Origin: Geosiphon pyriformis uo1
Taxonomy: Eukaryota; Fungi; Glomeromycota
Direction: 5' to 3'
Length of the DNA stretch: 64,000 nucleotides
Assembly: GCA_016748015.1 (NCBI GenBank)
Contig: JAAOMT010000128.1
Location: 875,538-939,537 of the forward strand
Numbering within the stretch: the first letter of the stretch is position 1; each line of letters opens with the position of its first letter. Below the pieces are notes generated by a model. The model was given only the letters and a program-made list of their open reading frames with translations, did no database searches and was not told the origin of the DNA. Shown here piece by piece: positions 1 through 11,100 of this stretch. The translations under genes were made by a program, and so were the position numbers.

Positions 1-900
1 CAATGTTTTTTGAAAATTCTTTTCTGTTATTGGTTCAGCTGGATATGTATTAATTTCTCTCTCTACCAGTAATGTTGCTGTTCTATTGTATACTAATTTG
101 AATGGTGTTGCTTGTGTAGTATCTTGCTTTATTGTCCGATAAGCAAATAATACTGATGGTATGAACAAATCCCATTTGTCCTGGTTTTCTTGGCTGAGTT
201 TGGCAATTGCTTTACACAATGTTCTGTTGAATCTTTTGACTAATCTGTTGGTTTGTGGATGGTATAGTGATACTAATGGTCTCTTAATTCCGAATCTTTG
301 GCTCAATTCTGTTAATGTTCTGTTCACAAAATGAGTTTCTTGGTCTAATAATAATTTCTTTGGACATTCATGTCAACAAATTAAATCTTGATGCACAAAT
401 TTGGCAACGGATTCTGCATCTGCTCTTTGAATTACTTTCGCCTCTGGCCATTTAGTGAGATAGTTCATGGCTACTGCTATATATCTGTTTCTTCTGCTGG
501 TGATTGTTAATAGTCCGACTAAATCAATTCCAATCTGGTCGAATGGTTGTCCCACTTTGATTGGTCTTAATGGTTTACTGAATCTTGTTTCTCCTCTTTA
601 CTGACAAGCATCACAATTTTGAACATATTGGATGATGTCTGGATACATTGATGGCCAATAGTATCTTTTTCTGGTTCTTTCCATCATTGCTTCTTTGTGA
701 AAGTGTCTGGCTGTTGGATTTGAGTGCATGTTGAATAATATTGTCTCTTTCTCTGGCTCTGTAATTACTCTGGTTGGCTGATCTGGATCCCTCCTATTTT
801 TTCGATAAAGTATATTTTGGTGAGTGATAAAATATTTTGATTGTTGTTTGATCCTCTTTTATTCCATTTGAGATAAATTCTTCTTGAACTGTTGAGTGTT
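1..900 (-). pseudogene. Gypsy integrase (HHCC + rve core), disrupted
   Basis: ORF 373-555 PFDQIGIDLVG..RYIAVAMNYLTKWPEA; upstream H..H..CDACQ zinc motif; downstream DQETHF and YHPQTN motifs. Confidence 0.9.
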
Positions 901-1019
901 TATATAATGTTGGAGTTGTTGATATTTTTGTATGTTCATTTTTTGTTATTTTTTGTTGGTATTGTTCTGGTTTTGTTATATTTTTGGGTTGAAATATTCT
1001 TAAATTTGTCTTATTTGTG

Positions 1020-2290
1020 ACAAACCATCAGCATTTTTGTTGTCTTTTCCTTTTTTGTAATGTATAGTATAATTGTATGGTGTGAGTGCCATTTTCTATC
1101 TTGATTGTCTTCCATTTCCAAATTCTTGTTTTTGGAGTGATGTTAATCTCTTGTGGTCTGTGTATACTTCAAACTTCTGGCTCAAGTATTCTCTCCATTT
1201 CATGACTGCCCAGTATATTGCTAAGTGTTCTTGTTCTGGTGTTCTATAGTTCTTTTCGGCTGGCATTAAATCTCTGCTGGCATATGCTATTGAATGTTCT
1301 CTGCCATCTGGTTCTCTCTGAGATAATACTGCTCCCAATGCTTGGCCGGATGCATTGGTGGTGATGATGAATGGTTTGCTGTGATCTGGATAAATCAGTA
1401 CTGGAGCTTGAATAAGCTTTCTTTTCAAAATGTCAAAAGCTTCTTGTTGACTTTCTGCCCATTCATATTTAGTATTTTTGGTTTGCAGTTGGTTGAATAA
1501 CTGTGCTATATTGGAAAAGTTCTTGATAAAACGTCAATAATAGCTGGCAAATCCCAAGAATGATTTCAGTTCTGTCATATTGGTTGGCACTGGAAAGTTC
1601 TTTACTATCTCTATTTTCTCTGGATCTGTTTTGATGCCATCTTTGTTGACTATGTGCCCCAGAAATTTTAGCTCTGTTTTGCCAAAGAAACACTTTGTTG
1701 CATTTAACTTTAGTCCTACTCTTCTTAGTCTTTCGAACACTTGCTGAAGATAATGAAGATGATTATCAAATGTTTTTGAGAATACATTGGTGTTGTCCAA
1801 GTATACAATTACTGATTTTCACAATAAACCAGTATAGATGATTTCCATTAGCCATTGAAAAGTGGCTGGTGCATTGGTTAAACCGAATGGCATTACTTCA
1901 AATTCAAAATTCTCTTCTCTCATGGTGAATGCTATCTTTTTTTTGTCGGCTGGATCCATGGCTACTTGCCAGTAACCACTATCTAAGTCCAACATTGAGA
2001 ACCATTTGTTTCTGCCAAAAGCATTGAATAATTTCTGTATTCATGAAGTTGGATAGCTGTCTCCACGAGTTATACCATTGAGTTTTCTGTAGTCTACACA
2101 AAATCAGATCTTTCCATTCTTCTTATAAATGAGTACCGTTGATAATGACCATGGGCTCATTGATGGCTGAATTAGCCCATTGTTAAGCATTTGGTTTATT
2201 TCTTAACAAATAATCTCATGGCTGATTGGTGGCACTCTGTATGTTCTTTGTTTAATTGGCATTGCATCTCCAGTCTTGATCTGGTGCTAG
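1020..2290 (-). pseudogene. Gypsy reverse transcriptase + RNase H, disrupted
   Basis: [26 protein letters not shown] (YLDD decayed), KCFFGKTELKFLGH, SFLGFASYY; RNase H TNASGQALGAVLSQ..IAYASR..VYTDHK. Confidence 0.93.
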
Positions 2291-3225
2291 ATAATGTTGG
2301 TTTGGCCAAACTCATTTTTGCTGGCAAAGATGTCATTGAACTGGTTGAGCAATATCTTGAGTTGTATATGTTGGAGTGGATCTAAGTTTCCCATGTTCAT
2401 TTGTTCCAATTGTTCTGGTTGGAGCAAATAACATTCACTTCGTCCGTATATTGTTTGTGATGTAATATCAACATATTCACAAAGTTGTGGAAAGTCTGAA
2501 ATGGGGTTTGGTGGTTGATTCTCTATTTCAGTGTTTAAGTATCCAATAATGGTTCCGGCTGGTATTTCTATGACATTTCCTGTATTGTTGTAGATGGGAA
2601 TTTTGATGTGGCTGTAATCTTTGGCTGGTATGTGGAGATTGATAAGTCCAACTTCTCCTGATTTACAAAGACTGGTTTTTGCTTCAAAAATTTGTGCTTG
2701 GTTTTTTTCCTTCCTTTCTATTGCTAACATGTACTGGTTATATGGTGGAATGGAAATAGCTTGACTGGTTGAGATAATTTCTCCTTGGCCAACAATTTTT
2801 TCTTCTGCCATATTAACTGGTACATCTATTCTACCCATTGATTCAAATCCCTGTATTCCTCTCACTGTTATTCTTAATTCTTCCCTCTTTCCCACTGATA
2901 CTAACTGAGCTACTCTAACCAGAGGCAGAAATATTGCCTGTACTATTTTTTTGTTGGGCTCTATTACATAGGCTTTTTCTGAATTATTTTGTAGCATAGT
3001 GATAATATTTCCTATATATCCCACATCAATTATTCCTCTTCTTATATTAATTCCTCTTTTTGCTAAACTACTTCTAGATGCTAATTGAACCATTGTTGTT
3101 GCTGAAATTTCTAGCACTACTTTCAGATCAATGCAGGTGTATATATGTGGTTCCAATTTGATGGCTTCTGTTCCTGAATATCTCAGATCAAATCCTGTAT
3201 CAGTATTGTGCACACGTTCTGGCAT
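2287..3225 (-). pseudogene. Retrotransposon-encoded dUTPase plus pre-RT linker (part of pol)
   Basis: All five trimeric dUTPase motifs are recognisable: TGFDLR, ASRSSLA, GIIDVGYIG, IVQAIF, RGIQGFESMG (core ~2830-3225). Confidence 0.9.
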
Positions 3226-3479
3226 AATACCTTCCCCATTGTCACTATACTATTTCAACTCTTGTTTTTTGGAGAGATCTGGTAATGCAATGTATTGTTC
3301 ATAGTTTAAATTGGAGTTTGAATCTGAGTTTGAATTGTTTTTGTTGTCATTGCTATTTTGAATAGAGCTGAAACTGGTGTTTTTGTTGTTATCATCAGAG
3401 TCTGGATTGTGATTGATCAGTGATTTTAATTCTGATGCACAGCTGCTGATTGGTTCTTCTTCTTCAGGGATTGTGTAGA

Positions 3480-4150
3480 TCATGTGCGGTGGTGGATTGT
3501 AAATGATGTCACAATTGTCACAATATTCAAAGTCACTGGGAATTAAACAATAGCAACACAGTCTTGTATTTAACTATGCTAGCCATTGTTTTTGCTCTTT
3601 TCTAGTGGGTGCCAAGTTTTGGTAGTGTTTATGGAACTCTTCTGGTTCCAGAAAATTTATGACTGGCTCGGCATCCCAGTTAAGCTCGATGGGTTCTGGT
3701 GGGTTGTTTTTGATTTCTCTAATCTCTTCAGATGTTGCTCCTTCTATTTTGCCAATTGCCATTCTCCAAATTTCATCATCATTATGTAGACAACCATCTA
3801 GTTGCTACACAGCTCTTCTCCAGACTGCTTCTATTGGTGTTTCTTTTTTTACCCAGTTGCTTATTAGAATCGTGTATTGACATGACGTGTCACATGTTTC
3901 TTCACATCCTGAGATGTTGTTCCACATCCCTTCATCTAGCAGGATCTCCCCACAAGTGAGACAAGGTTGGTTATTCCATTTTCCTTGTCTCTTTGGTCGT
4001 CCAAAGTGTTCGAGTAAGCATAAATAACAGTAGAACTTTGTTGTGGTATGGTATTCCTCATTGTCGCCACAGCATGCACCTATTGACAACAGTTTCTTGC
4101 CACAATCAATGCATACAAGCCTTGACCGTCGATAATTGGATTGTTGTGGA
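3480..4150 (-). pseudogene. Cys-rich putative zinc-binding insert in pol between PR and dUTPase
   Basis: CIDCG, ACC, CYLC, CLTCG, CEETCDTSC, LCCYC and YCDNCD clusters in the pol frames. Confidence 0.6.
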
Positions 4151-4469
4151 GTGTAGTGGGTGTAGTAATTATAAATGGTAACAGTTGGTGGTGTTCCTTC
4201 TTCCTTTTCTTTTCCTTTTCTTTTATCTTCATTTCATTCTCAACTGAAGGCTTTTTCTTGTTTGTTGTCAGTCCAAGTCAGATTGTTAGTTTCCTAAGTA
4301 AGTTCGTTTGTTCACTTCCCTTTCCCATTGTCATCCCAAGAAAGTATTGGCAGCAGCTCATTGTGTTCTTCATCAGTCCACAACACTTGGTAGGCTTCCC
4401 AAGTAGGTTTTTGTTTTTCTTCCTCAAAGTCAATTAGTAGTGCCATGGTGTTGGTAGCCTTGAAGTGGT

Positions 4470-4860
4470 CACACGTGGCTGGTACTCATGTGTGTTGCCC
4501 ATTCTGGCTGAGTTGGAGCTCTTGTGTATTCCAGTCCAGAGTGGCATTTGTCTTAGACAGCCAGTCATTACCAACTAGAGCTTGGTATTGGGTGGCTTCC
4601 ATAATGAGTACTTTGATTAGTACTATGATGCCGTTAATTTCGATTGGTAAGTTATCGATTTCACTGATTGAAGTCTTGGTTGCTCCATCAGCCATAATGA
4701 TTCTGGCACTAGCAGCTCAATCAACTCGGTGACCTAATTGATTCATGAGTTGTCGTGTGATAATGCTGTCTGCTAAACCACTGTTAAGAATTAGTTTGAT
4801 GTGATGGCCATCAATTTTCACATCAGTGTACACAGCGGTAATTGGCTTTTCTTCCAGTGC
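4470..4860 (-). pseudogene. Retropepsin aspartic protease
   Basis: VKIDGHHIKLILNSG (LDSG decayed), IMADGATK, QALVGNDWLSK. Confidence 0.85.
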
Positions 4861-5399
4861 GGCTCTACTAAATAATGGCGTAGTTGACAGTTCCTCAAGT
4901 TTGAATAGAAAAATGGCATCCAGTAATTCATCGTTGGTGACTGTTGCTGGCAAAATATTGCTGGTACATGTTTGTTGTTTCTGGGTGAGTTCCTAGTTGC
5001 TGGGTGAGGTGTCTTCTGGAGTAACCAGGAGACTTAAATAGTTTTTGGAATTTGGATTTTGGGGATTTTTGGCACCCGAATTCCATTGATAAGATCCTGT
5101 TTGACTAAAAGAGTTGGGGATTGGCTGGTGAACTACCATCAACAATTTCCAGTTTTGCTGCATGATTCTTGGCCTTTGGACTTCACTGGCTGATAAGTTT
5201 TGTGGTGGAATCTGAATTATTTGGAGTTGATAGATTGTTGGCGGTTGTAGTTGATATATTACCTGTGGCTGTGGCTGATAAATTGGGGCCGTTGGTTGAT
5301 AAATTGGAGCTTGATATACTGGTGGCTGATAAATTGATTGCTGCATTATTGGCAGGTAAGTAGTTTGATATTGTGTTGAGTTTAATTGATGATTCAGAA

Positions 5400-7223
5400 T
5401 TGAGAACCAGCGATCAGGGTTTCGATATTGATTTTCCGATCGTTGGTTATTTAAATGCTGACGACAGTCAATTTGGATATGTCTTTGTTTACCACAATAG
5501 TGGCAGATACGCGTTTCCTGTTGCCATGATTGATTGGTCGATGAAGATAGATGTAGTTGATTTTGGGCACAATTAAAGTTTCCTTGATTATTGCATCATT
5601 GTGGAGGCTGATAAATGGCGTAATTGACAGCTAAGTATCCTTTCAATCTCTTATTAATTGATTCACTGAACTTTTCCAATTTGGAATCCAATTCAGATGA
5701 TCTATTCATTACTAGATTAATGGCTTGGGTGTGGTTAGCCTCTGACTCAGTGGATTCAAAATCTCTGGCACGTGTGACTGTGTCTTGAAGGGTGCCTAGA
5801 TGCAATGAACGTACATATTACAAAATGCTGCTGCACAGGCCACAGATAAACTGGTTGAGTATCTGTAGGACTGTGAAATAGTTGGCATTAATTGCTTGAA
5901 TTTGGTGCAGGGTTCAATGGAAGCATCCCAGGTAAGTGGTGACCACTTCAGTTTCTTCTTGTTTCATGGTGGTGAATGTATTGACTAGGTGATTAATGCT
6001 GTTATTGTTGCTGAAGTATCTTAGGAATTCCGCTTTGAAGGCATTGAAATCTTGTGGTTTATTAACCAAGCTTTGATACCATGAATTGACAGTATCCTTG
6101 AGAAAGTAGGGAATAGCTTGCATTGCTCAGACATTATTCCATCCATTAGCTGCAATGGTCTTTTCTACATCATTCAGCCATATTTAAGCATCATCCTTTT
6201 TGCCAGTAAAGTTGTCAAGTTTTGCAATTGGTGCATAGGCCATTGGATCTAAGTTGGATGGTTGTGATGACTGTTAAAGCAGTTGTTGTTGTACTGGTTG
6301 TTGAAGTGGTAGTTGAAGTGGCTGTTGTATGGGTTCAGCTATGGAATTAATCGGCAGTTGATCGATGACAATACCAGAGGTAAGTTTTGCTGATTAATTA
6401 ATTCAGGGTTTGGATTGTTCTGCCTTTGATGATTCGGAGTTTCAATTTCTGAATTTTCTAGATTTAGATTTTACTGAGTTTGAAAATTTGGGGTTTCAAC
6501 TTCTGGGTTTTCAGTAATTGGGTGCTGGTAAGTGAATTCTTGATCCTCTGATTCTTTTTCCTTTTTTTTTGATTCTGCTGCTTTCCATGGATCAGAGATT
6601 CCGAAATCTGGTGGAGGCAGTGGCGATCAAAGTCTTGATGGGATTGATGATTGTGAATTAAATCTCTCAAAGTATTCACCATATGGTCCTAATAATTCTG
6701 TCTTCCTTTGTCTACTTTGAAATGGGAATTGTCCAAATGCTAATATCACAGTTGATGGGAATGTGTCTGTTGATAATATGTTGATGGCACTTCCAGGTGT
6801 ATAGTGGTAGGATGGGTTACTTGGGGATTCAATTCTGTTTTTCTTCCAAGTAGGTGGCTGTATTTTTCTGGGTGTTACTGTTGGTGTTTGTAGTTTTCCC
6901 TTGCCTTTACTAACATATGTAATTGGATATCTTTGTTGAGTGTGGTGTTCAATTTCTTTGTTGATCTCAGTGATGATGGATGCAAAATTATGATTTGTTG
7001 GCAGGTTGGTGTTTTGAATTAACTCCCTATAGAAAGTTTCTCTTGCTAATTCAATATTCACTGGTGTTCCTAATAAAGAGGAAATCTTTTCATTGATGTA
7101 GAAATTGAAGGCTGATTCGGCAGATATATGATTGTGGTTTAATCCCAAGTATTGACAATAGTGTTGAAATAAGAATTTTGCAAATCCTAAATGGTTTGCT
7201 CCTATATTTTCTGATTCTGCCAC
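5400..7223 (-). pseudogene. gag (N-terminal extension, capsid-like domain, CCHC zinc knuckle)
   Basis: ORF 6627-7223 starts just after the PBS; PIAKLDNFTG..WL..AANGW..AIPYFLKDTVNSWY capsid signature; CHYCGKQRHIQIDC knuckle near 5465-5510. Confidence 0.85.
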
Positions 7224-7265
7224 TTTTGGATGGTGTTTATTGGTGCTGGTTCTCTGTAGAATTAT

Positions 7266-7283
7266 ATCTCACAGGGAGCACCA
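7266..7283 (-). promoter_or_regulatory. Primer binding site TGGTGCTCCCTGTGAGAT (tRNA 3' complement; elongator Met- or Ile(UAU)-like)
   Basis: Begins TGG 2 nt after the LTR end TGTAACA; its complement ATCTCACAGGGAGCACCA reads as tRNA T-stem/acceptor stem + CCA. Confidence 0.8.
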
Positions 7284-7285
7284 AA

Positions 7286-8166
7286 TGTTACAGATGATTA
7301 TTTCTGCTATTGAATTAAATAACAAACCCATAACTTGGTGTTCAAAAGCTACTTCCATGGATGAGGTTCTACAAGTGTTGTATCTGAAGGTTTTGATGGA
7401 GTCCTTTGTATAATGGACAGAGATTCAATAGTGTTGATAGTAGATGTATCTTTTCAAGAGTTTTCCCAATTTCTTTCTTAGCATGGTGGCTGGATTTAAT
7501 CTGGCAGTCATGCCCTTCTGGTAAGCTATCCGATAATATATAAAATCCTACCCTTATTTCTGGGTTTTTTACCAGGCTATCCTTGATGTCAATAACTCAG
7601 TGCTTAATCTTTTAATCAATTAGTATACAACAACAAAATCAAAAAAAGAAAAAAAATAAAATAAAGAAAATAAAAATAAAAAAAATAGAGAAAATAAGCC
7701 AAGGCAATTTGGTACATTAGTATCTCGTCAATAGCCATGATCAAGAACTATTGTTCCAGTGTGGTTAAGTATTAATTACTATCAACATGAAGTGTTAATA
7801 GTAGAGAGTGTGTTGAAATATGAAATAATTATTTATTTGATGATTGGGAACTAGAATGTTGCTTATATTAAATCTAAACTAGGAGATCTGTCTTTTTAGC
7901 TTCTAATTCTACTGCTATATATACATAATTGAGATTTCTCAATTCCTCAATTCTTTACGACAGGAATCCTGGAATTCCTGGAATTCTGCGATTCCTTTGA
8001 GAGGAATCCTGAAATTCTGGAATCCTGCAATTTCTCATTGGGAAATCCTGAAATTCCTGGAATCCTGCAATTCCTAAGAGGAATCCTGGAATTCCACATT
8101 TACTATGCCTATTTCTGATTGGCTACTAATCATGCTAATATATTTTCTATATTTCTATGAATAACA
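7286..8166 (-). repeat. 5' LTR (881 bp) with TGTTA...TAACA termini and a GGAAT(T)CCTG repeat array
   Basis: Terminal inverted repeats, adjacent PBS, homologous copies at 9862-10826 and 41038-48705 (split). Confidence 0.9.
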
Positions 8167-11100
8167 CCATTCAAAAGGCCAAAATTAGTTATTATTCTAT
8201 TGACTCTATTTTTGTGTATACTGCCAAAAAATTTTACAAATCTGTTACATATTTTGATCTGTCATAAGCTAATTGTTAAGTAGTAACAACTAACTAAGTC
8301 ATATGCTTTGTGCATATCTTACAAGACCAATCAAATTTTTCTATTTTTTTCCAAAGTATTTTCAATTACTAACTTAACACCAAACACAAAGAACTGAGTA
8401 GATGTGTCTTTTAGAACAGAAAAATTATTATCATAGAGAATATCAAACATGTAACATGTAAATAAAATCTGATCAAATAAAACTTTGAAGAAAATTTTTC
8501 TGGTTGTTTTAATTAAAACAATAGATTAGGTGTTTGTTAAAATCTTATTTTAATCATAAAGTTTAGGAATCATTGAAACCCAAGCTTTTTTTCACAAAAC
8601 TAAAATACTGTTAAAAAACAAACATGTATTTAACAAATTTAGGAAACACTCTACCATATTATTACTACTATGCTTCCAAAGTTTATTAAAAATACTAGAC
8701 AAATTAGCAACTTTATTATTAGACAGATTATTAATTACCAAAAGCAATTCTCTCATATTGATTTCTTTTATTATACCAAAAAAAACATTATAATTTACAT
8801 AATTAATAATATATATTGACAAGTTTATAGATTAAGCATTACTTAAAACACAATCTGTTTTCTTGTTTAATCATTCATAATTCTATTAACACTAAGTTTT
8901 ATTTTTTTTGGTTTTAAAATCAACTTACTTTCTACTATTAAGTAATCTAAAACCACTTTGCAAAAAGACTAATTTAAAATACTTTTTATTATACTCTTTT
9001 TATTAAAACAAAAACTTTCCATGCACTTTTTAATTGTTTTTTTGATAAATGTCTTTTTAGCTTATTTTGACTTATAAAGCTTGAACTTTTTATATTTTTT
9101 TTTAAATTATTAACAAATGTTTAAAAATATTTATTAATTTTCTATTAATTTAAATTATGTCCATGATTTTAAGAGCTTTATTACTATCTAAATTTAACTA
9201 TTTTTTAACAAAACAATTAAATTTAGACATGTTATTTAAGCTTAACTTCTTAATAATCTTGACAATTAACAATTTTAATCCAAAAACTTTGAAAATTAAT
9301 GATTTTTTGAACACTAAAACTTATTGAACCAAAGTCTAGAGAATGTTTTATCAGCTGACTCTACCATCACTCTTTCCAGCAAACTCCATATAGTATCTAA
9401 ATTATTACAAACTTTTGCTCTTGAAAATTTATTTTTTATCACCAAAAACTTGGCAGAAAAATATTTCTTAAATTGTGTTTCCTTAACACCATCTGTATTC
9501 TTAAGTTTAAATTTCTAATGATTCATATTAGTTTGCTTGCACATACTATTTAAACAAACATCCAAAAAATTATTCAAACTAATTAATACCAAGACAGTCT
9601 TGTAATTAGTGTTGAAAAAAGTAAACACAAAGTTTATTCTATAACTAGCAATTGTTAACAATAAATTCTTACTTACCAAAATTTAATTTAAAACTTTTTC
9701 AACACCTTTTAAGTTGCTTTAAGTAGAAGTCTTAACTAATGAATGTTCATTAAATAAGTTAACCAAATCTAAATTCAAACAGAACTTGAAACCTACATTT
9801 TTTCTAGATCTATTTTTGTTAAAATCTCCATCCAAAACCACAAAAGTGCTAAAGTTAACAGTATTACAAACAATTATTTGGAGTTTAAAAACAAATAACA
9901 AATCTGTAACTTGGTGCTCAATAGCTTGATGGTGTGAGTAATATCTGAAGATTTTGTATTTAAAGATTTTATTAGTTTTTTGTAAAATAGACAGAAATTT
10001 AATAATAATATTCTTTGATAATGTTTTTAGTTTTTTTTCAACTCTCAAGTTGGTGTGTTTTGTTGTCCATTGCTTTCCAAAATATCTATATTTCATCAAT
10101 TTTTTTTTCAGCTTGATGGCCAGTAATTTTCTGGTAAGCTATCTTCAATTTTAAGTATTTACTCTTATTCCTGGGTCTTTTACTAGTACTATATTCTAAT
10201 GTCAATACTTTATGTATTAATCTTTTAATTAATTAGTAAATCCACAATAAACAAAAAAAAGAAAAAAAAGAAAAAAAATAATGAAAATAATGAAAAGAAA
10301 AATAAAAAGATAAGTCAAGACAAAAAAAATTAGTATCCTGTCAATAGCCATGATCAAAAGCTATTGGTTTAGTATAATTAAATATTGGCAGCTATCAACA
10401 TGAATTGTTGATAGTAAAAAGATATATTGTAATATTTAATAAATATTTTATTAATATGTTTTTACTTTAAGTTATAGAATACTATTGTATAAAAAGATAA
10501 GTTTAGAATTGAAACTGAAGGTTCTAAACTAAAGATTCTGTTTTTTTGCTTCTAATATTACTGCTATATATACATAAATTTTATTGTATAAAAATTCTTA
10601 AATTCCTTAATTTTCTTAGCCAGGAATTCTGAAATTTCTGGAATTCTGTAATTCCTTAAAAGAAATCCTGGGATTCTGGAATTCTGCAATTTTTTTTACA
10701 AGAATTCTGTAATTTTGGAATCCTGCAATTCTTCTAAGAGAAATTCTAGAATTTCATTTTTACTATGTCTATTTTGATTGACTAATTTATTTATTAATAT
10801 ATAATTTCTATATTCTATAAGTAACAACAATCTTAGCAATAAGAAAATTAACATCTAAAGCTTAACCAAACTTAGTTTTAGCAAAAACATCAGCATATAA
10901 ACCTAAAACCATAACCAAAAACTTGTTTTTAAAAAAAAGCCATACTAAAATAATATAACTGAAAATCTTTTCTACTTTGAAAACATATCAAGCCAAAGAA
11001 TTGTTCATAAAAATAGTTACACTAGTACTGCAAAAATTCTTATTCAATCCAAATATAAAAATTTACACTTTATCAAACTTATTTGTAATTTATAGCTTGA

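Larger units (their letters stand above)
1..8166 (-). mobile_element. Ty3/Gypsy LTR retrotransposon (degenerate; 3' end outside window), order gag-PR-Cys-rich-dUTPase-RT-RNaseH-IN
   Basis: Minus-strand ORF fragments with gag, CCHC knuckle, protease, dUTPase, RT, RNase H and integrase motifs in Gypsy order; 5' LTR 7286-8166 followed by a PBS; many stops and frameshifts. Confidence 0.95.

Noticed and set aside
7935-8097. CRISPR-like palindromic repeats
   Set aside because: Units are ~9 bp with no unique spacers, lie inside an LTR, and the context is eukaryotic
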